From Candidatus Poribacteria bacterium (GTDB lineage: Bacteria > Poribacteria > WGA-4E > WGA-3G): a stretch of DNA of 64,000 bases. The stretch covers positions 640,001 through 704,000 of the forward strand of contig CAXXUA010000013.1 in assembly GCA_963663765.2 (NCBI GenBank), in the 5' to 3' direction. Every line of letters begins with the position of its first letter. Positions within the stretch are counted from its first letter, which is position 1. A program made the position numbers and the translations under genes. The notes beneath the pieces are model-generated. The model did not search any database. It was not told the origin of the DNA and was given only the letters and a program-made list of their open reading frames with translations. Shown one piece after another: positions 19,830-30,064 of the stretch.

Positions 19830-20317
19830 CAATACCTTCGCCATTTTTGAGTTCTTCAGTTGAATGAGTATATAGAGTTGATTTACCATTGCTCTCTGAT
19901 ATTGTTAGGATTACATAAATAATAATAACTTCAGGTTTTCGTTGAAGTATTATTAATTATCATAGCGTCTAATTTGACAATCTAAATGCCTATATCCGCA
20001 ATATGACAGAATAATTTATATGCACAATCTGGCAGAATGTGCTACAACTGCCCGCACAATCTGGCAGAATGTGCTACAACTGCCCGCACAATCTGGAAGA
20101 ATGTGCTACAACTGACCGCACAATCTGGAAGAATGTGCTACAGTTACCCACACAATCTGGAAGAATGTGCTACAGTTACCCACACAATCTGGAAGAATGT
20201 GCTACAACTGACCGCACAATCTGGAAGAATGTGCTACAACTGACCGCACAATCTGGAAGAATGTGCTACAACTGACCGCACAATCTGGAAGAATGTCTAT
20301 TATTGGCGAAGGTATTG
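19830..20317 (+). mobile_element. Complete array-bearing MITE: 14-bp TIRs, ~190-bp AT-rich segment, eight 32-bp units
   Basis: caataccttcgcca (19830-19843) / tggcgaaggtattg (20304-20317); units at 20032-20287. Confidence 0.9.
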
Positions 20318-20373
20318 TTTAAAGTATATATCATCAATTTGCAAGAATTGAAAATTGATTCAAATTATAAGCG

Positions 20374-20403
20374 AAGCCTACCGTCAAACGGCGGTAGGCT
20401 TTT
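20374..20403. terminator. Hairpin, possible intrinsic terminator
   Basis: aagcctaccgtc-aaac-ggcggtaggctt followed by a short T run. Confidence 0.5.
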
Positions 20404-20537
20404 ATCTTAGTTCGCTTTTTAGTTCTGTGACAGTGCTGATAGGTATGTTCTTTTTGATGTCGTTGATAGATTCATTCTGTTAAACTTGAGATATTTCCCA
20501 CCTCACGACGACATTAGATATTCCTCTGTTCTGCGGG

Positions 20538-20596
20538 GAGACACAATCCACAACGTACGGTACCGCAGTGCTTTAGTGCGTTGTGGATTGTGTCTC
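20538..20596. repeat. 18-bp perfect inverted repeat (REPIN-like) downstream of the sigma gene
   Basis: gagacacaatccacaacg (20538-20555) / cgttgtggattgtgtctc (20579-20596). Confidence 0.7.
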
Positions 20597-20628
20597 TACG
20601 TTGTGCTCTAAACATTTATATATGCGGA

Positions 20629-21273
20629 TTACGATTCAGTGTGCTGAGTAGCAAAAAAATATGCCTTGCGGATTTTTTCTAATGTGTTTTTGCTTATTTG
20701 GCTGACTCGTCCTTGTGAGATACCAAGTTTTATTGCGATCTCCACCCCGCTTTTTTCTTCAAAAAACTTGAGTTCAATGAGGGTGCGTTCCTTATCGGTA
20801 AGTCTATTTAGCAGTATCGGCAGAGCGTCGCGTAGTTTTTCAACTTCAAGCTGTTGGATTACTTCATTTTCCATGGGTTCTTTCGCACATGCTTGTCTAT
20901 TCAACTCAGCAACTAAGGGATTTTGTTTACAAGCGTGCTGACACTCATGACAAGAGAAGTCTTCAGCATAGGAAAATGGAATATAAGCTAACTCTTTTCT
21001 TCGCTCTGTCCACAACCGTGTGCAGACGCGTGCCTTGATAAATGTTGTCAAACTTGCACCACTGGGGTGATTCGGGTCATATTCTGGGAGGGATTCCAAT
21101 AGCGTGAGATATGCACTTTGATAAAGGTCTGCTTTCAGTCCTTGTAATCTCTCATTATTTCCGATTATAGAGTCGACACAGTGTTTGATGGAATCATCCG
21201 CTGAGAGCGGGTCATTCGCAACAATATGAAACGGACATTTACCACGTTCTTGAGGACTTGATGGACAGTTCAT
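20629..21273 (-). CDS. Alternative sigma-70 family factor (SigB/SigF/FliA-like, short)
   Basis: ADLYQSAYLTLLESLPEYDP..GASLTTF (region 2); LTDKERTLIELKFF..EIAIKLGISQGRVSQI (region 4). Confidence 0.85.
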   Translation of the reverse strand: MNCPSSPQERGKCPFHIVANDPLSADDSIKHCVDSIIGNNERLQGLKADLYQSAYLTLLESLPEYDPNHPSGASLTTFIKARVCTRLWTERRKELAYIPFSYAEDFSCHECQHACKQNPLVAELNRQACAKEPMENEVIQQLEVEKLRDALPILLNRLTDKERTLIELKFFEEKSGVEIAIKLGISQGRVSQISKNTLEKIRKAYFFATQHTES

Positions 21274-21282
21274 ACGTGCCTC

Positions 21283-21675
21283 CTAATAGTCACCATATTT
21301 GTAATACGGACGAGCGATTGATGTTTCCCTTGAAAGTTCCTTTACTGCGACGGTTTCCGTCTTAAAATGTTCAAAAATGTTTATCAAACGGCTCCGTATA
21401 ATCAAGTTCTTTATGTGTCTACCGACATGAACGACACCGATACGTCCGTGTTTCTGCTTGACTGTGCGATTTGCACTGACAAGTAATCCGAGTGCTGCAC
21501 TGTCCATCCGGCTCACATGTTCCAAATTTATCAAGATACGGGGTGTCTCTGCCGATATGATTTCGGTTTTCAGCAGGATCCGCAAGTCCAACACGCCCGC
21601 ACCAATAAGCTTGCCGTGTGGTTCAAGTATACATACACCATATTTATAGTCAAGTTTAATTTTCATTATGTTCAC
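21283..21675 (-). CDS. STAS-domain anti-sigma-factor antagonist
   Basis: ILINLEHVSRMDSAALGLLV phosphorylation-site motif; directly upstream of the sigma gene. Confidence 0.85.
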   Translation of the reverse strand: MNIMKIKLDYKYGVCILEPHGKLIGAGVLDLRILLKTEIISAETPRILINLEHVSRMDSAALGLLVSANRTVKQKHGRIGVVHVGRHIKNLIIRSRLINIFEHFKTETVAVKELSRETSIARPYYKYGDY

Positions 21676-21913
21676 CTTCGTTTATAATTTTGCGAAGACG
21701 CAAAAGGGTATATTAACTATATACACTTCACCCTAAATTCTTTAGTTTTTTTTTGCGAAGGTGTCGGCATATCGGTTTTAGGCACACATAAACTCTTGCT
21801 GTCACTCTGGTGAAATCTCAATATTAACGACTTGTGCCGGTTAATTGAGGGGTGTGCATAAATAAATTTGTTTTAAGCTTAAGTCGTCCGTCGGGTAGAA
21901 CGCGGTGAAACCC

Positions 21914-22098
21914 ATAGTTGTCAATTTAGGGATTTATTTCAAGGTATTGTTCAGTTTAGCACAACCAACGCCGCCGTCTTGATTGTAGGGGCGCGGGTCT
22001 CTGTGCCCGCCCATTGTTTTCTTTTTGAATACATGTCGGGGTACAGAGACCCCGCCCTACAATGTGTGACGGGATTTGTCGCTTAAATTGACACCTAT
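21914..22098. mobile_element. ATAG(G/T)TGTCAA-ended MITE flanked by a 21-bp hairpin duplication
   Basis: gggtagaacgc(g/a)gtgaaaccc at 21893-21913 and 22099-22119; interior is a REPIN. Confidence 0.8.
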
Positions 22099-22349
22099 GG
22101 GTAGAACGCAGTGAAACCCGACACAATCGTATCCAGTCTTGCATGTCGGGTTTCGCAAGTTCTACCCGACCTTCAAAATCTTGTCCTTTTTTGCACTAAG
22201 AATGGTGTCCATCCACATGAAGAAGATTGTGACGTGTGTCACCATCTATGTTGATCCGCCAATTATGTATGCACACCCCTTAGTTATTTCAGAGTGTGAG
22301 GTGAGGATATGCGTAAATAGTATATCGGTAAGCTGATTGTCAATAACAT

Positions 22350-22649
22350 TTAGCCAAGGCTTGGAGTGTTCACAGATGTACGAGTAAATCCTTCAACAAC
22401 AGGTTCCAAAGCCCCAACTGGATCCCAATTGCCTAATAGTTGTAAGGAAGTACCTAAAGACACATTCCCATGTCGTTTGGCGCGATGGAACGAAAAATCT
22501 ACGTACTTCTCTCCTTGTATTATCTGCTCCTCTTGACGTTTGAGGACGAATTCAAAGTACGCTTCAACACTACCGAAGCGATCAATAATTCTTTCGTGAG
22601 TCTCATGTTTTTCTTGAACAAGATCCAAGTTGTTGATAGACATTAGCAT
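22350..22649 (-). CDS. Small hypothetical protein
   Basis: 99-aa ORF; lies just downstream of a short coding remnant (DKICRDAGYSPTYIDSPE) resembling a PIN-family C-terminus. Confidence 0.4.
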   Translation of the reverse strand: MLMSINNLDLVQEKHETHERIIDRFGSVEAYFEFVLKRQEEQIIQGEKYVDFSFHRAKRHGNVSLGTSLQLLGNWDPVGALEPVVEGFTRTSVNTPSLG

Positions 22650-22657
22650 ACCTCTAA

Positions 22658-22745
22658 TACCAAATTAACGGATTTTATCTTTTTCCAACGGTAGGTGCGG
22701 TTTCCTAACCTCACACTTAGCAAGACGGATTACGTTAATTGGGTA
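22658..22745. mobile_element. 88-bp TACC...GGTA MITE, TAA duplication
   Basis: Same element as 24344-24431 and 57698-57785; central REP ggtaggtgcggtttcctaacc. Confidence 0.85.
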
Positions 22746-23032
22746 TAACATAATCTCTGGTGAGTCTATGTAGGTAGGTGAATATCCAGCATCCCTACAA
22801 ATCTTATCATTTGTTATCTCCTTTGAAATAAAAAACGTTCAGAATGTCCTGTAACTCATTTTCTTTGCTTCTCCTGTCAAAGACCCTCCTTGTAGAAAAC
22901 TTTCTGTTGTTCACATTCGCATTTGTTCATTTTTTACTCTAATTCGTGTGGTTCACATTGCCTTTTTAATTTTAGGATCAAACACTTCTTTGAGTTTAAG
23001 TGCATTTTCAATGCACCATCTGTGGATTTCAT

Positions 23033-24016
23033 TCAATGCATCAGTATCCTCCCAATTAACGTCTCCTTCTCGGGCAAAAATAATTTGAGCCTCTTGTTTT
23101 TCAGGGGATCAAAGCCATTCAAATGAACTTCCAAATGCTTCTTCAATTGCTGCTTTGTCCTGTTCGAGTGCGTCAAAGAGTGCAAGCCTGTTTTCATTGC
23201 CCCTTTATATATTCTTACGTATACAATCACTTGAGAACCTCGGTGAAACCGAACACAATATGTTACGCCTCTATGTCCTGATGAAAAGTAATGCCATGTA
23301 TCCGGTTGCGCAGCTCTGGCATTGGTAAACTCATGGTCTTCACGTAGTTCATCAATTAATTTTTCATAAAAGTTTCTATAACGTTTCTGTCTCTCTGTTT
23401 CTCCAGTAGGTTTGACAGACTTTTTCCATTGATTCGGGGCAATAACAGGTTTAAATTCAAGCGCAACCGGTGAGTCTTCTAAACACTCTATTTGTAATAG
23501 TTCCACTATGACCGCGAAGAAACCGATATCTATAGGCGTTTGCTCATTAATCCATTCTAATACTTGGCGATATTCATCTCTAAACTCATCCGCAATCCAA
23601 ATTACAATCTTTACATCTAAACCCGCAGCATAGGCAAGAAGTTGTCCAAGATGACTATGATCGGCTCCCCCTAACTGAGTTTCAATAATGACTGTTTTTG
23701 AGCTGGTATCGTCTTTTGCTTTTGCAAGCAAATCAAGTGATAATTTGCCTAATGAAGTTTGACAATCAAAATCGGTAGTTGAATTCGTAGGGGTTGGGTC
23801 CCCCAACCCGTTTGGTTTTTGAGTTTGCGTAGATCATGTGTGGAAACCACGCCCCTACGAATACCCAACTTGAACGTCAAAACTCATTAGGGTATTCTGT
23901 ATCTGTTACTTCAAGGTCAAGGTCTTCTGAAAAACTATCAATATTTTCTGCTAACCACGGGGTGAAATCCCTTGCTTCATTTGGGAAGTGTTTACGCAAT
24001 TTAACTCTTTTTTGTT
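23033..24016 (-). pseudogene. DUF4268 / NucS-like PD-(D/E)XK protein, interrupted and 5'-truncated
   Basis: KRVKLRKHFPNEARDFTPWLAEN at ~23950-24013 and SLDLLA..VIIETQL..DHSHLGQLLAYAAG below 23750 are separated by a ~140-bp REP-containing insert (~23750-23890). Confidence 0.75.
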
Positions 24017-24144
24017 GAACTTGTAGCGAGTAAGAGCTAAGAATTCAAAGTAAATGGAGATCTGAAGCAGTAAGAAAAGGATACAAATAATCTCTCTTTC
24101 TTTCCCATTTGACCACATCCTTATGTTTTACTCACTATGACTTC
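24017..24144. mobile_element. 128-bp GAAC...-ended MITE, copy 1, no target duplication
   Basis: Aligns end to end with the reverse complement of 34624-34751. Confidence 0.8.
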
Positions 24145-24640
24145 CCCATCAACAGTTTTAGCTGTGGTCTGGAACCATTGACCTTTGTTTAAGGTGCTGT
24201 GAAAAACTCCATCGGTGGTTACGTACTTTCCAAAAGGACATCCAATTGCTTTAATGGTTTCACCTTTCTCAACCAGATCGCCATCGTAGATTGGAAAAGG
24301 GGTTCCTTGACCTTCAACTTTAAGTATGACAAGATCGTTGTTATACCCAATTAGCGTGATTCGTCTTGCTAAGTGTGCGGTTAGGAAACCGAACCTACCG
24401 TTGGAAAAAGATAAATTCCGTTTATTTGGTATTAGAATCAAACGCCGCAATACCTTCCACAACGTACTCTGTATTCGTGGGTGAATGGTTGGCTAAAACT
24501 GATGTCGCACCAGCGACACAGTGGATATTTGTTGCAATTAAGTTCTCAGTAACGAAAAACCCAGTACCGTTACCGACACCTTCCGATTTAATTGATACGA
24601 CCATAGGTTTACCTATGGTTTGTTTATTGTCTTGCTGCAT
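24145..24640 (-). pseudogene. Trypsin-like serine protease pseudogene
   Basis: GTGFFV..IATNIHCV and NDLVILKV motifs; split by the 88-bp MITE 24344-24431 and cut off at TVDG, just before the expected catalytic-Ser motif. Confidence 0.8.
24344..24431. mobile_element. 88-bp TACC...GGTA MITE inside the protease gene
   Basis: TTA on both flanks; removing the element plus one TTA restores the frame FDSNNDL. Confidence 0.9.
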
Positions 24641-24675
24641 AGTTTTCTTTTCTCTATTAAAGTCCTTACTTCAAA

Positions 24676-25565
24676 CAATACCTTCGCCAATACTACAGGG
24701 TTATTTAGTTTTAAGAGTTTTCTGTTATTGAGATTTACTGAAAATTAATACCCAGGTTCGATTTCCTAACCGAACTTTCCGCATCAGTTTTAGATTATTG
24801 AAACATGAACATCGCTCTTTAGTCCCGACAAATGCCTTATGGGGAATGCCTTAATGGCATTCATACCGTTGATTTGGCGCATTTGGCGTTGATTTGGTAG
24901 GGACGATATGTTTATTATTCTATGTCGTTCCTACGGAACTCAAGAGGTGTGGAAAACATTTTCTATAAACATATCGTCCCTACGGGACTAAAGAACTCGA
25001 CAAGATGGCACCCCATAAAATTAACGACATAGCAAAATAATATCAAAAATATTGAAAACTAAATAACCCTTGCCAATAATAGACATTCTGCCAGATTGTG
25101 TGGGTAACTGTAGCACATTCTGCCAGATTGTGCGGGCAGTTGTAGCACATTCTGCCAGATTGTGCGGGCAGTTGTAGCACATTCTGCCAGATTGTGCGGG
25201 CAGTTGTAGCACATTCTGCCAGATTGTGCGGGCAGTTGTAGCACATTCTGCCAGATTGTGCGGGCAGTTGTAGCACATTCTGCCAGATTGTGCGGGCAGT
25301 TGTAGCACATTCTGCCAGATTGTGTGGGTAACTGTAGCACATTCTGCCAGATTGTGCGGGCAGTTGTAGCACATTCTTCCAGATTGTGCATATAAATTAT
25401 TCTGTCAGATTCTATTGTCAAATTAGACGCTATGATAATTAAAAATACTTCAACGAAAACCACAAGTTATTTTTATTTTTGTAATCCTAACAATATCAGA
25501 GAGCAATGGTAGATCAACACTATATACTCATTCAACTGAAGCACTCAAAAATGGCGAAGGTAATG
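24676..25565 (-). mobile_element. Array-bearing MITE (nine 32-bp units, 25092-25379) with another MITE nested near one end
   Basis: caataccttcgcca at 24676 and tggcgaaggtaatg ending 25565; TTCAAA on both flanks. Confidence 0.85.
24696..25071. mobile_element. CAGGG-ended MITE (ISAs1-like ends) with a 10-bp target duplication
   Basis: cagggttatttagtttt / aaaactaaataaccct; gccaatacta (24686-24695) vs gccaataata (25072-25081). Single ends of the same family occur at 7995 and 19510. Confidence 0.8.
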
Positions 25566-25737
25566 TTCAAAAACATGTCTTTTGTAATGCTTGAATATTT
25601 TTTGCATCAGATGAAATAAATTACTTTCCATATCGCCGTTGGTCTTTAAAATCGACTCACCATTTAAAATTGCTTTCTTCAATTTTAAATGGTGAGATAG
25701 AATCCTTATGGCATTGGGAAACTATATAATGAATCAA

Positions 25738-28383
25738 CTATTTCTCAGTCGTATAATTCTCATCTATCGTTTCATTTACTGTCTCGCGCCAAGTGTCTTC
25801 CAACAACATGCGAAAAGACATCGGTTTGTCATTGGGTCCAGCAGCTTCCATCGTGCCGTATTCTGTGGCGTTTTTATACGCTGACTCTAATGTTTTGATA
25901 AGTTTCTGTTTGTAAGTAGTGTCGCTGTTGCCTTCAAGGTGTTGTCCTTTTGTTTCAAAAATGAGTAGACGTTGCTGTCCCTCTTTGGTTCCTTGCACAC
26001 AAGCGATAAAGTCGGGATAAACACGGTCACGCCGCCAACCTTGTAAAAAATAGCCTTGCCTCGCGGCGATGCGATGCCACCACTGAATTGCACCTTTTTT
26101 GTCCAAATAGATCGCGAAATCTTTTTCCAAATTGTTGAATTCTGCTTCATACACCGGGTTAAAGAGGTTGAGTTGTACGGGACTTGCATCCGAATGTGTC
26201 AGACGTTTTGCGTCTTTTGAGATATTGACTTCAATTGTCTTTTCCAATTCAAAATTCAACGGGACATCTGTTTCAAGACTAAACCTAATTTTGTTATTAT
26301 CCAGTTTCTCTCGGAAAATAGTTTCGGCAAGAGAATCTATCTGTATGCGGAGTTTGTTTTTCAGAACTTCGGACAGATATAACCGATTTGCAAATAACGG
26401 TCCTTCATCAGTGCCTTGTTTTCGATACGCTTGCAAGGTGGCTTTGACGATACGCGCTGCTTGCCAAGGATTCGGAATAACATCATTTAAACGTCTAACA
26501 AAAAACGATATTTCCAAATTTTGCGAAGTATTTTCTAATATAATTTTTTCTGGTTCGTCATGGTCTTGTAAATGGATAGTAGCGCGAATTTCTTGTAGGA
26601 GTTCTTGGTCATCTAAATTTACAGGCTCCACTGCTCCGAGTTGACTCCAATCAATCGCACTGAGAATGTCACGCTCATAATTTAGCATATCCCAACTACG
26701 TCCTTGTTTGTGCAGGACTTGTGGTAAGAAAATATCCATCTTTTGATATTTCTTTCTACGGTGTATCTTTTTCTTTTCACGGTCTGCATCCGTGCTCTCA
26801 ACGTACTCCGCAAGTCCTGTTAAACCTTCTGCCTCTAAACCCTTTTTTACTTTATCAACGGCATCACCGACTTTCTGATTGAAGCAGTAGATATAACAAC
26901 TGTCTAATTCTGTTTGATTCGTTGCGCGTGCCTGCGGTTGGCGCATGACTCTACCGATAAGCTGCGTCATAGCGGTTTGTGCTGTGGTGTTATCAAGTAG
27001 TACCAATTGGTAGGCAAACGGACAATCCCATCCTTCCTTTAGTGCGTCTTTCGTAATAATGTAGCGGACAGGGCAAAACGGACTGAGCAGATCAATGCCC
27101 GCGAGTTCATCTTGTTCAGAAGATTTCACCTTGATGTGTTCCTCTGGAACTCCAAGTACTTTGACCAGTTCGTCGCGGGCATCTAATGCATGCACCTTAA
27201 CACCGTCACGTTGCTTTTTACCCGTGCGATCAACCCGAATCACTGCTATAGGACGGATGTAGCGGTTTTCTTTTTGTTGGAATTGCTTGGCTGCTTCTTC
27301 CATTTTATCACGTTCAGTCTTTGCTTCTGCAAGTGTCCGTTTCCAATCAGAATTGGGAAAATTTCGGAGTTGAATTGGTATTTTAATCATTTCTTCTTCT
27401 TTAAGTGCTGTGCCAGAGATATTGACAAGGATGTTGCTAATACGGAGCTGCGGCGTAGCAGAAAGTTCTAACACAAAGCGCGGATTAAGGCGATTCACTG
27501 CTTTGACAAACTCTTGATTGTTTTCGACTGTTTTGCTGCCATAAGCCTTATGTGCTTCGTCTAAAATCACCGTGGGTCTGACCAACTTTAGCACATTGAA
27601 GAGACTCTGCTTAATCAGTCTATCTGCAGAATTTGCTGCGAACATGCCCCGCATTTGCCCTGGCTCATTAATATTTACTGTCTCAAGGTCTGGGTGTTCC
27701 TCCGATAATGCCTGATGTTTTCTAATATCGTCTTCAATTGGGAAGAAAGAGTCGTAACCGCTGCTATCACGAAATATTTTGAGAAATTCTTTGTTTTTTT
27801 CTCGGTTTGCGGAGGGTAGCATCAGAAGCATCACGCAGAGGTGATTTTCAACATCTTGTTTTGTAAATCTATCGTCTTTTTCAAGGAGTTTGACGCGGTC
27901 GCCAGAGGCGCGATCCAAAATCTGTCGGTAGGAATGTTCTTGGTCGCGAAAAGCATCATGCGTTTGTGAATAGATGGCTTTGGTTGGCACAATCCATAGC
28001 AGAAATCCTGTGCCGATTTTGAGTCGCCGCGCCGCCTCAACACCTAACAACGTTTTCCCACCACCTGTTGGTACTTTTAGACAAACATGCGGGATCGGTT
28101 CGCCAGAGGTGGATTCACGTGAAATATATTCTGGAATATGGTTCTCACCGTTTTCATTTCGCACGCCCGGCAACCCCGATTTTTTGCGTAAAGTTTCCCA
28201 TGCGGCGCGCGGAAAATCCTTCGCAGCAGTGGCAAAGGTTTCAGATTGTTCTCTTAAAACTGGTGGAAGTGCACTGAGATCAACTGCAGCGAATTCTTCT
28301 ACTTGCTGCCGTGCATCCTTCAATGCCCCAAGGTAGCCGTCTAAAGTCTCTAATGCTTGTTTTTGATAATCTTTCAGTTCCAT
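25738..28383 (-). CDS. res: Type III restriction endonuclease Res subunit
   Basis: LKDYQ, VPTGGGKT, ILDEAH, LSATP, LKEGWDCP, QLIGRVMR; C-terminal YPDF..FETKG nuclease motif. Confidence 0.92.
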   Translation of the reverse strand: MELKDYQKQALETLDGYLGALKDARQQVEEFAAVDLSALPPVLREQSETFATAAKDFPRAAWETLRKKSGLPGVRNENGENHIPEYISRESTSGEPIPHVCLKVPTGGGKTLLGVEAARRLKIGTGFLLWIVPTKAIYSQTHDAFRDQEHSYRQILDRASGDRVKLLEKDDRFTKQDVENHLCVMLLMLPSANREKNKEFLKIFRDSSGYDSFFPIEDDIRKHQALSEEHPDLETVNINEPGQMRGMFAANSADRLIKQSLFNVLKLVRPTVILDEAHKAYGSKTVENNQEFVKAVNRLNPRFVLELSATPQLRISNILVNISGTALKEEEMIKIPIQLRNFPNSDWKRTLAEAKTERDKMEEAAKQFQQKENRYIRPIAVIRVDRTGKKQRDGVKVHALDARDELVKVLGVPEEHIKVKSSEQDELAGIDLLSPFCPVRYIITKDALKEGWDCPFAYQLVLLDNTTAQTAMTQLIGRVMRQPQARATNQTELDSCYIYCFNQKVGDAVDKVKKGLEAEGLTGLAEYVESTDADREKKKIHRRKKYQKMDIFLPQVLHKQGRSWDMLNYERDILSAIDWSQLGAVEPVNLDDQELLQEIRATIHLQDHDEPEKIILENTSQNLEISFFVRRLNDVIPNPWQAARIVKATLQAYRKQGTDEGPLFANRLYLSEVLKNKLRIQIDSLAETIFREKLDNNKIRFSLETDVPLNFELEKTIEVNISKDAKRLTHSDASPVQLNLFNPVYEAEFNNLEKDFAIYLDKKGAIQWWHRIAARQGYFLQGWRRDRVYPDFIACVQGTKEGQQRLLIFETKGQHLEGNSDTTYKQKLIKTLESAYKNATEYGTMEAAGPNDKPMSFRMLLEDTWRETVNETIDENYTTEK

Positions 28384-28385
28384 TT

Positions 28386-30008
28386 TTATGCGTTTGCTAT
28401 TTGATAGATGCTATAGGGGAGTTGGCAAAAGGTAATACCCATCGGTGTAAGTTCTTTTTGACTCATAAACTTATGAGATGCATAGACATAGGCTTTTTTG
28501 CCTACCGCTTTGCATTCTTCAGCTATCTGCTCAGCACGTTTTGCATCTAAAGCAGACTTGTTGCTCTCTAAAAATTCAAGTGTCGGTTCATAGATGAGAT
28601 AGAAGCGGATGTCCTTCGTTTCACCGAAGCAGTAATTTTTCTGTTGTGCTTTGACTTCAAGTTTACTGCCGGTAGCAGCATAAGCGACATAGTTCGCTAA
28701 GGTGTGGTATGTGGGAAGTGAGTCGCCTGTGAGCATTCCCTCAGTATCAATCGTTTCACCAAGCGTGCAGTAGGTGAATGACCCGCCGAGTCCTTTCTGC
28801 AAGTTTTCATCTTTGGCATTTCCAACACCGTTTATGACGCGGCGGACGCGTTCAGCAGTGATGTTGTCAGCGTAGTTTTCACATTCAACGAGAATAAACT
28901 TTCGGTTGCCGCCATCCTGTTTGTTGAGCGCAAGCACAGCATGGGCAGTGGTACCGCTGCCTGCGAAGGAGTCAAGGATGATGTCGTTTTTATCTGTAGA
29001 TACTCTGATTATTTTTGCAATTAAATCTGTTGGTTTTGGAGTTGGAAAGAGTTGACCACGTCCAAAAATGTTAATAAGTTCTTTAGTCCCATCGGTAGCA
29101 GTTCCTACATCACTCCATATTGTGAAGATATTGACTCCTTTTTCACGTGCTTCGCTGAGAAACCTTTTATATTGTGGTTTGGAAGTTCCTCTTTTACCAA
29201 AGATAATTCGCTTTTCTTTCAGTGCGGCTACGTACTTTTCTTTAGAAAATCTCCAATGTCTACCTGCTGGAGGAAGATAGACTTTACCAGTGTTGGGGTT
29301 GCTAATTTCGTACGTCAAATTTTTCCTGATGTGAGGTGCGTCCATTGGATCTGCCACCCACGGACCACGAGGGTCTTTATCGGGATTCGAGAATTTACTT
29401 TCATCAACATCTCCAGCGTTGAAAGAAAATGCGGACTTTTCAAGGGCATAGCAAAGTATGTGATTATGAGAAAGCGAAACATCTATATCGTTTTGACTTG
29501 ATTTTCTGTGATGCCACACAATATTAGCAACAAAGTTACTTACTCCAAAAATCTCGTCCATCAACATTCGCAAGCGATGCACTTCATTATCATCAATTGA
29601 GATAAAAAGTACACCATCCTCGGATAACAACTCACGTAATAGGTGTAGACGGGGCCACATCATACACAACCATTTATCGTGTCGCTCTAAATCTTCAACG
29701 TCAATAGGACTATTTTTTTCAAGCCACGTTTTCATCATCGGACTGTTAACGTTATCGTTGTAAACCCAATTTTCGTTGCCAGTATTGTACGGTGGGTCAA
29801 TATAGATACACTTGATTTTGCCAGCGTATTTCGGGAGGAGTGCTTTTAAGGCGTGCAGGTTGTCACCGTGAATGATAAGGTTGTCGTCTAATGATGGTGG
29901 GTTTTCGCCTATATGTGATTTATCTTTGTCTATTTCAAGCGTGCGGAAGGGTACGGTGAGGTGGTGTGCGTATATGAATTGTTTGCCTTTGAAGTCGAGG
30001 GTGGGCAT
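28386..30008 (-). CDS. mod: Type III R-M adenine methyltransferase Mod subunit
   Basis: IHGDNL, YIDPPYNTG, FPTPKP, LDSFAGSGTT; 2 bp from res. Confidence 0.93.
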   Translation of the reverse strand: MPTLDFKGKQFIYAHHLTVPFRTLEIDKDKSHIGENPPSLDDNLIIHGDNLHALKALLPKYAGKIKCIYIDPPYNTGNENWVYNDNVNSPMMKTWLEKNSPIDVEDLERHDKWLCMMWPRLHLLRELLSEDGVLFISIDDNEVHRLRMLMDEIFGVSNFVANIVWHHRKSSQNDIDVSLSHNHILCYALEKSAFSFNAGDVDESKFSNPDKDPRGPWVADPMDAPHIRKNLTYEISNPNTGKVYLPPAGRHWRFSKEKYVAALKEKRIIFGKRGTSKPQYKRFLSEAREKGVNIFTIWSDVGTATDGTKELINIFGRGQLFPTPKPTDLIAKIIRVSTDKNDIILDSFAGSGTTAHAVLALNKQDGGNRKFILVECENYADNITAERVRRVINGVGNAKDENLQKGLGGSFTYCTLGETIDTEGMLTGDSLPTYHTLANYVAYAATGSKLEVKAQQKNYCFGETKDIRFYLIYEPTLEFLESNKSALDAKRAEQIAEECKAVGKKAYVYASHKFMSQKELTPMGITFCQLPYSIYQIANA

Positions 30009-30064
30009 GGGGTTTCCTTACAAAATATCAGTTGTGGTAAGTTTAGTAAAATCTTCTGAATGGA

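Noticed and set aside
20032-20287. 32-bp arrays (also at 9465 and 25092) as CRISPR or TIGR-like guide arrays
   Set aside because: The variable part is a 13-bp linker with only three or four recurring variants, there are no unique spacers and no cas or Nop-domain gene nearby, and the arrays sit inside TIR-bounded elements.
25021-25463. Cys-rich repeat ORFs (MCYNCPHNLAEC...) here and at 20037-20275 and 9289-9516
   Set aside because: Read-through of a 32-bp DNA repeat that cycles through all three frames; no RBS or coding evidence.
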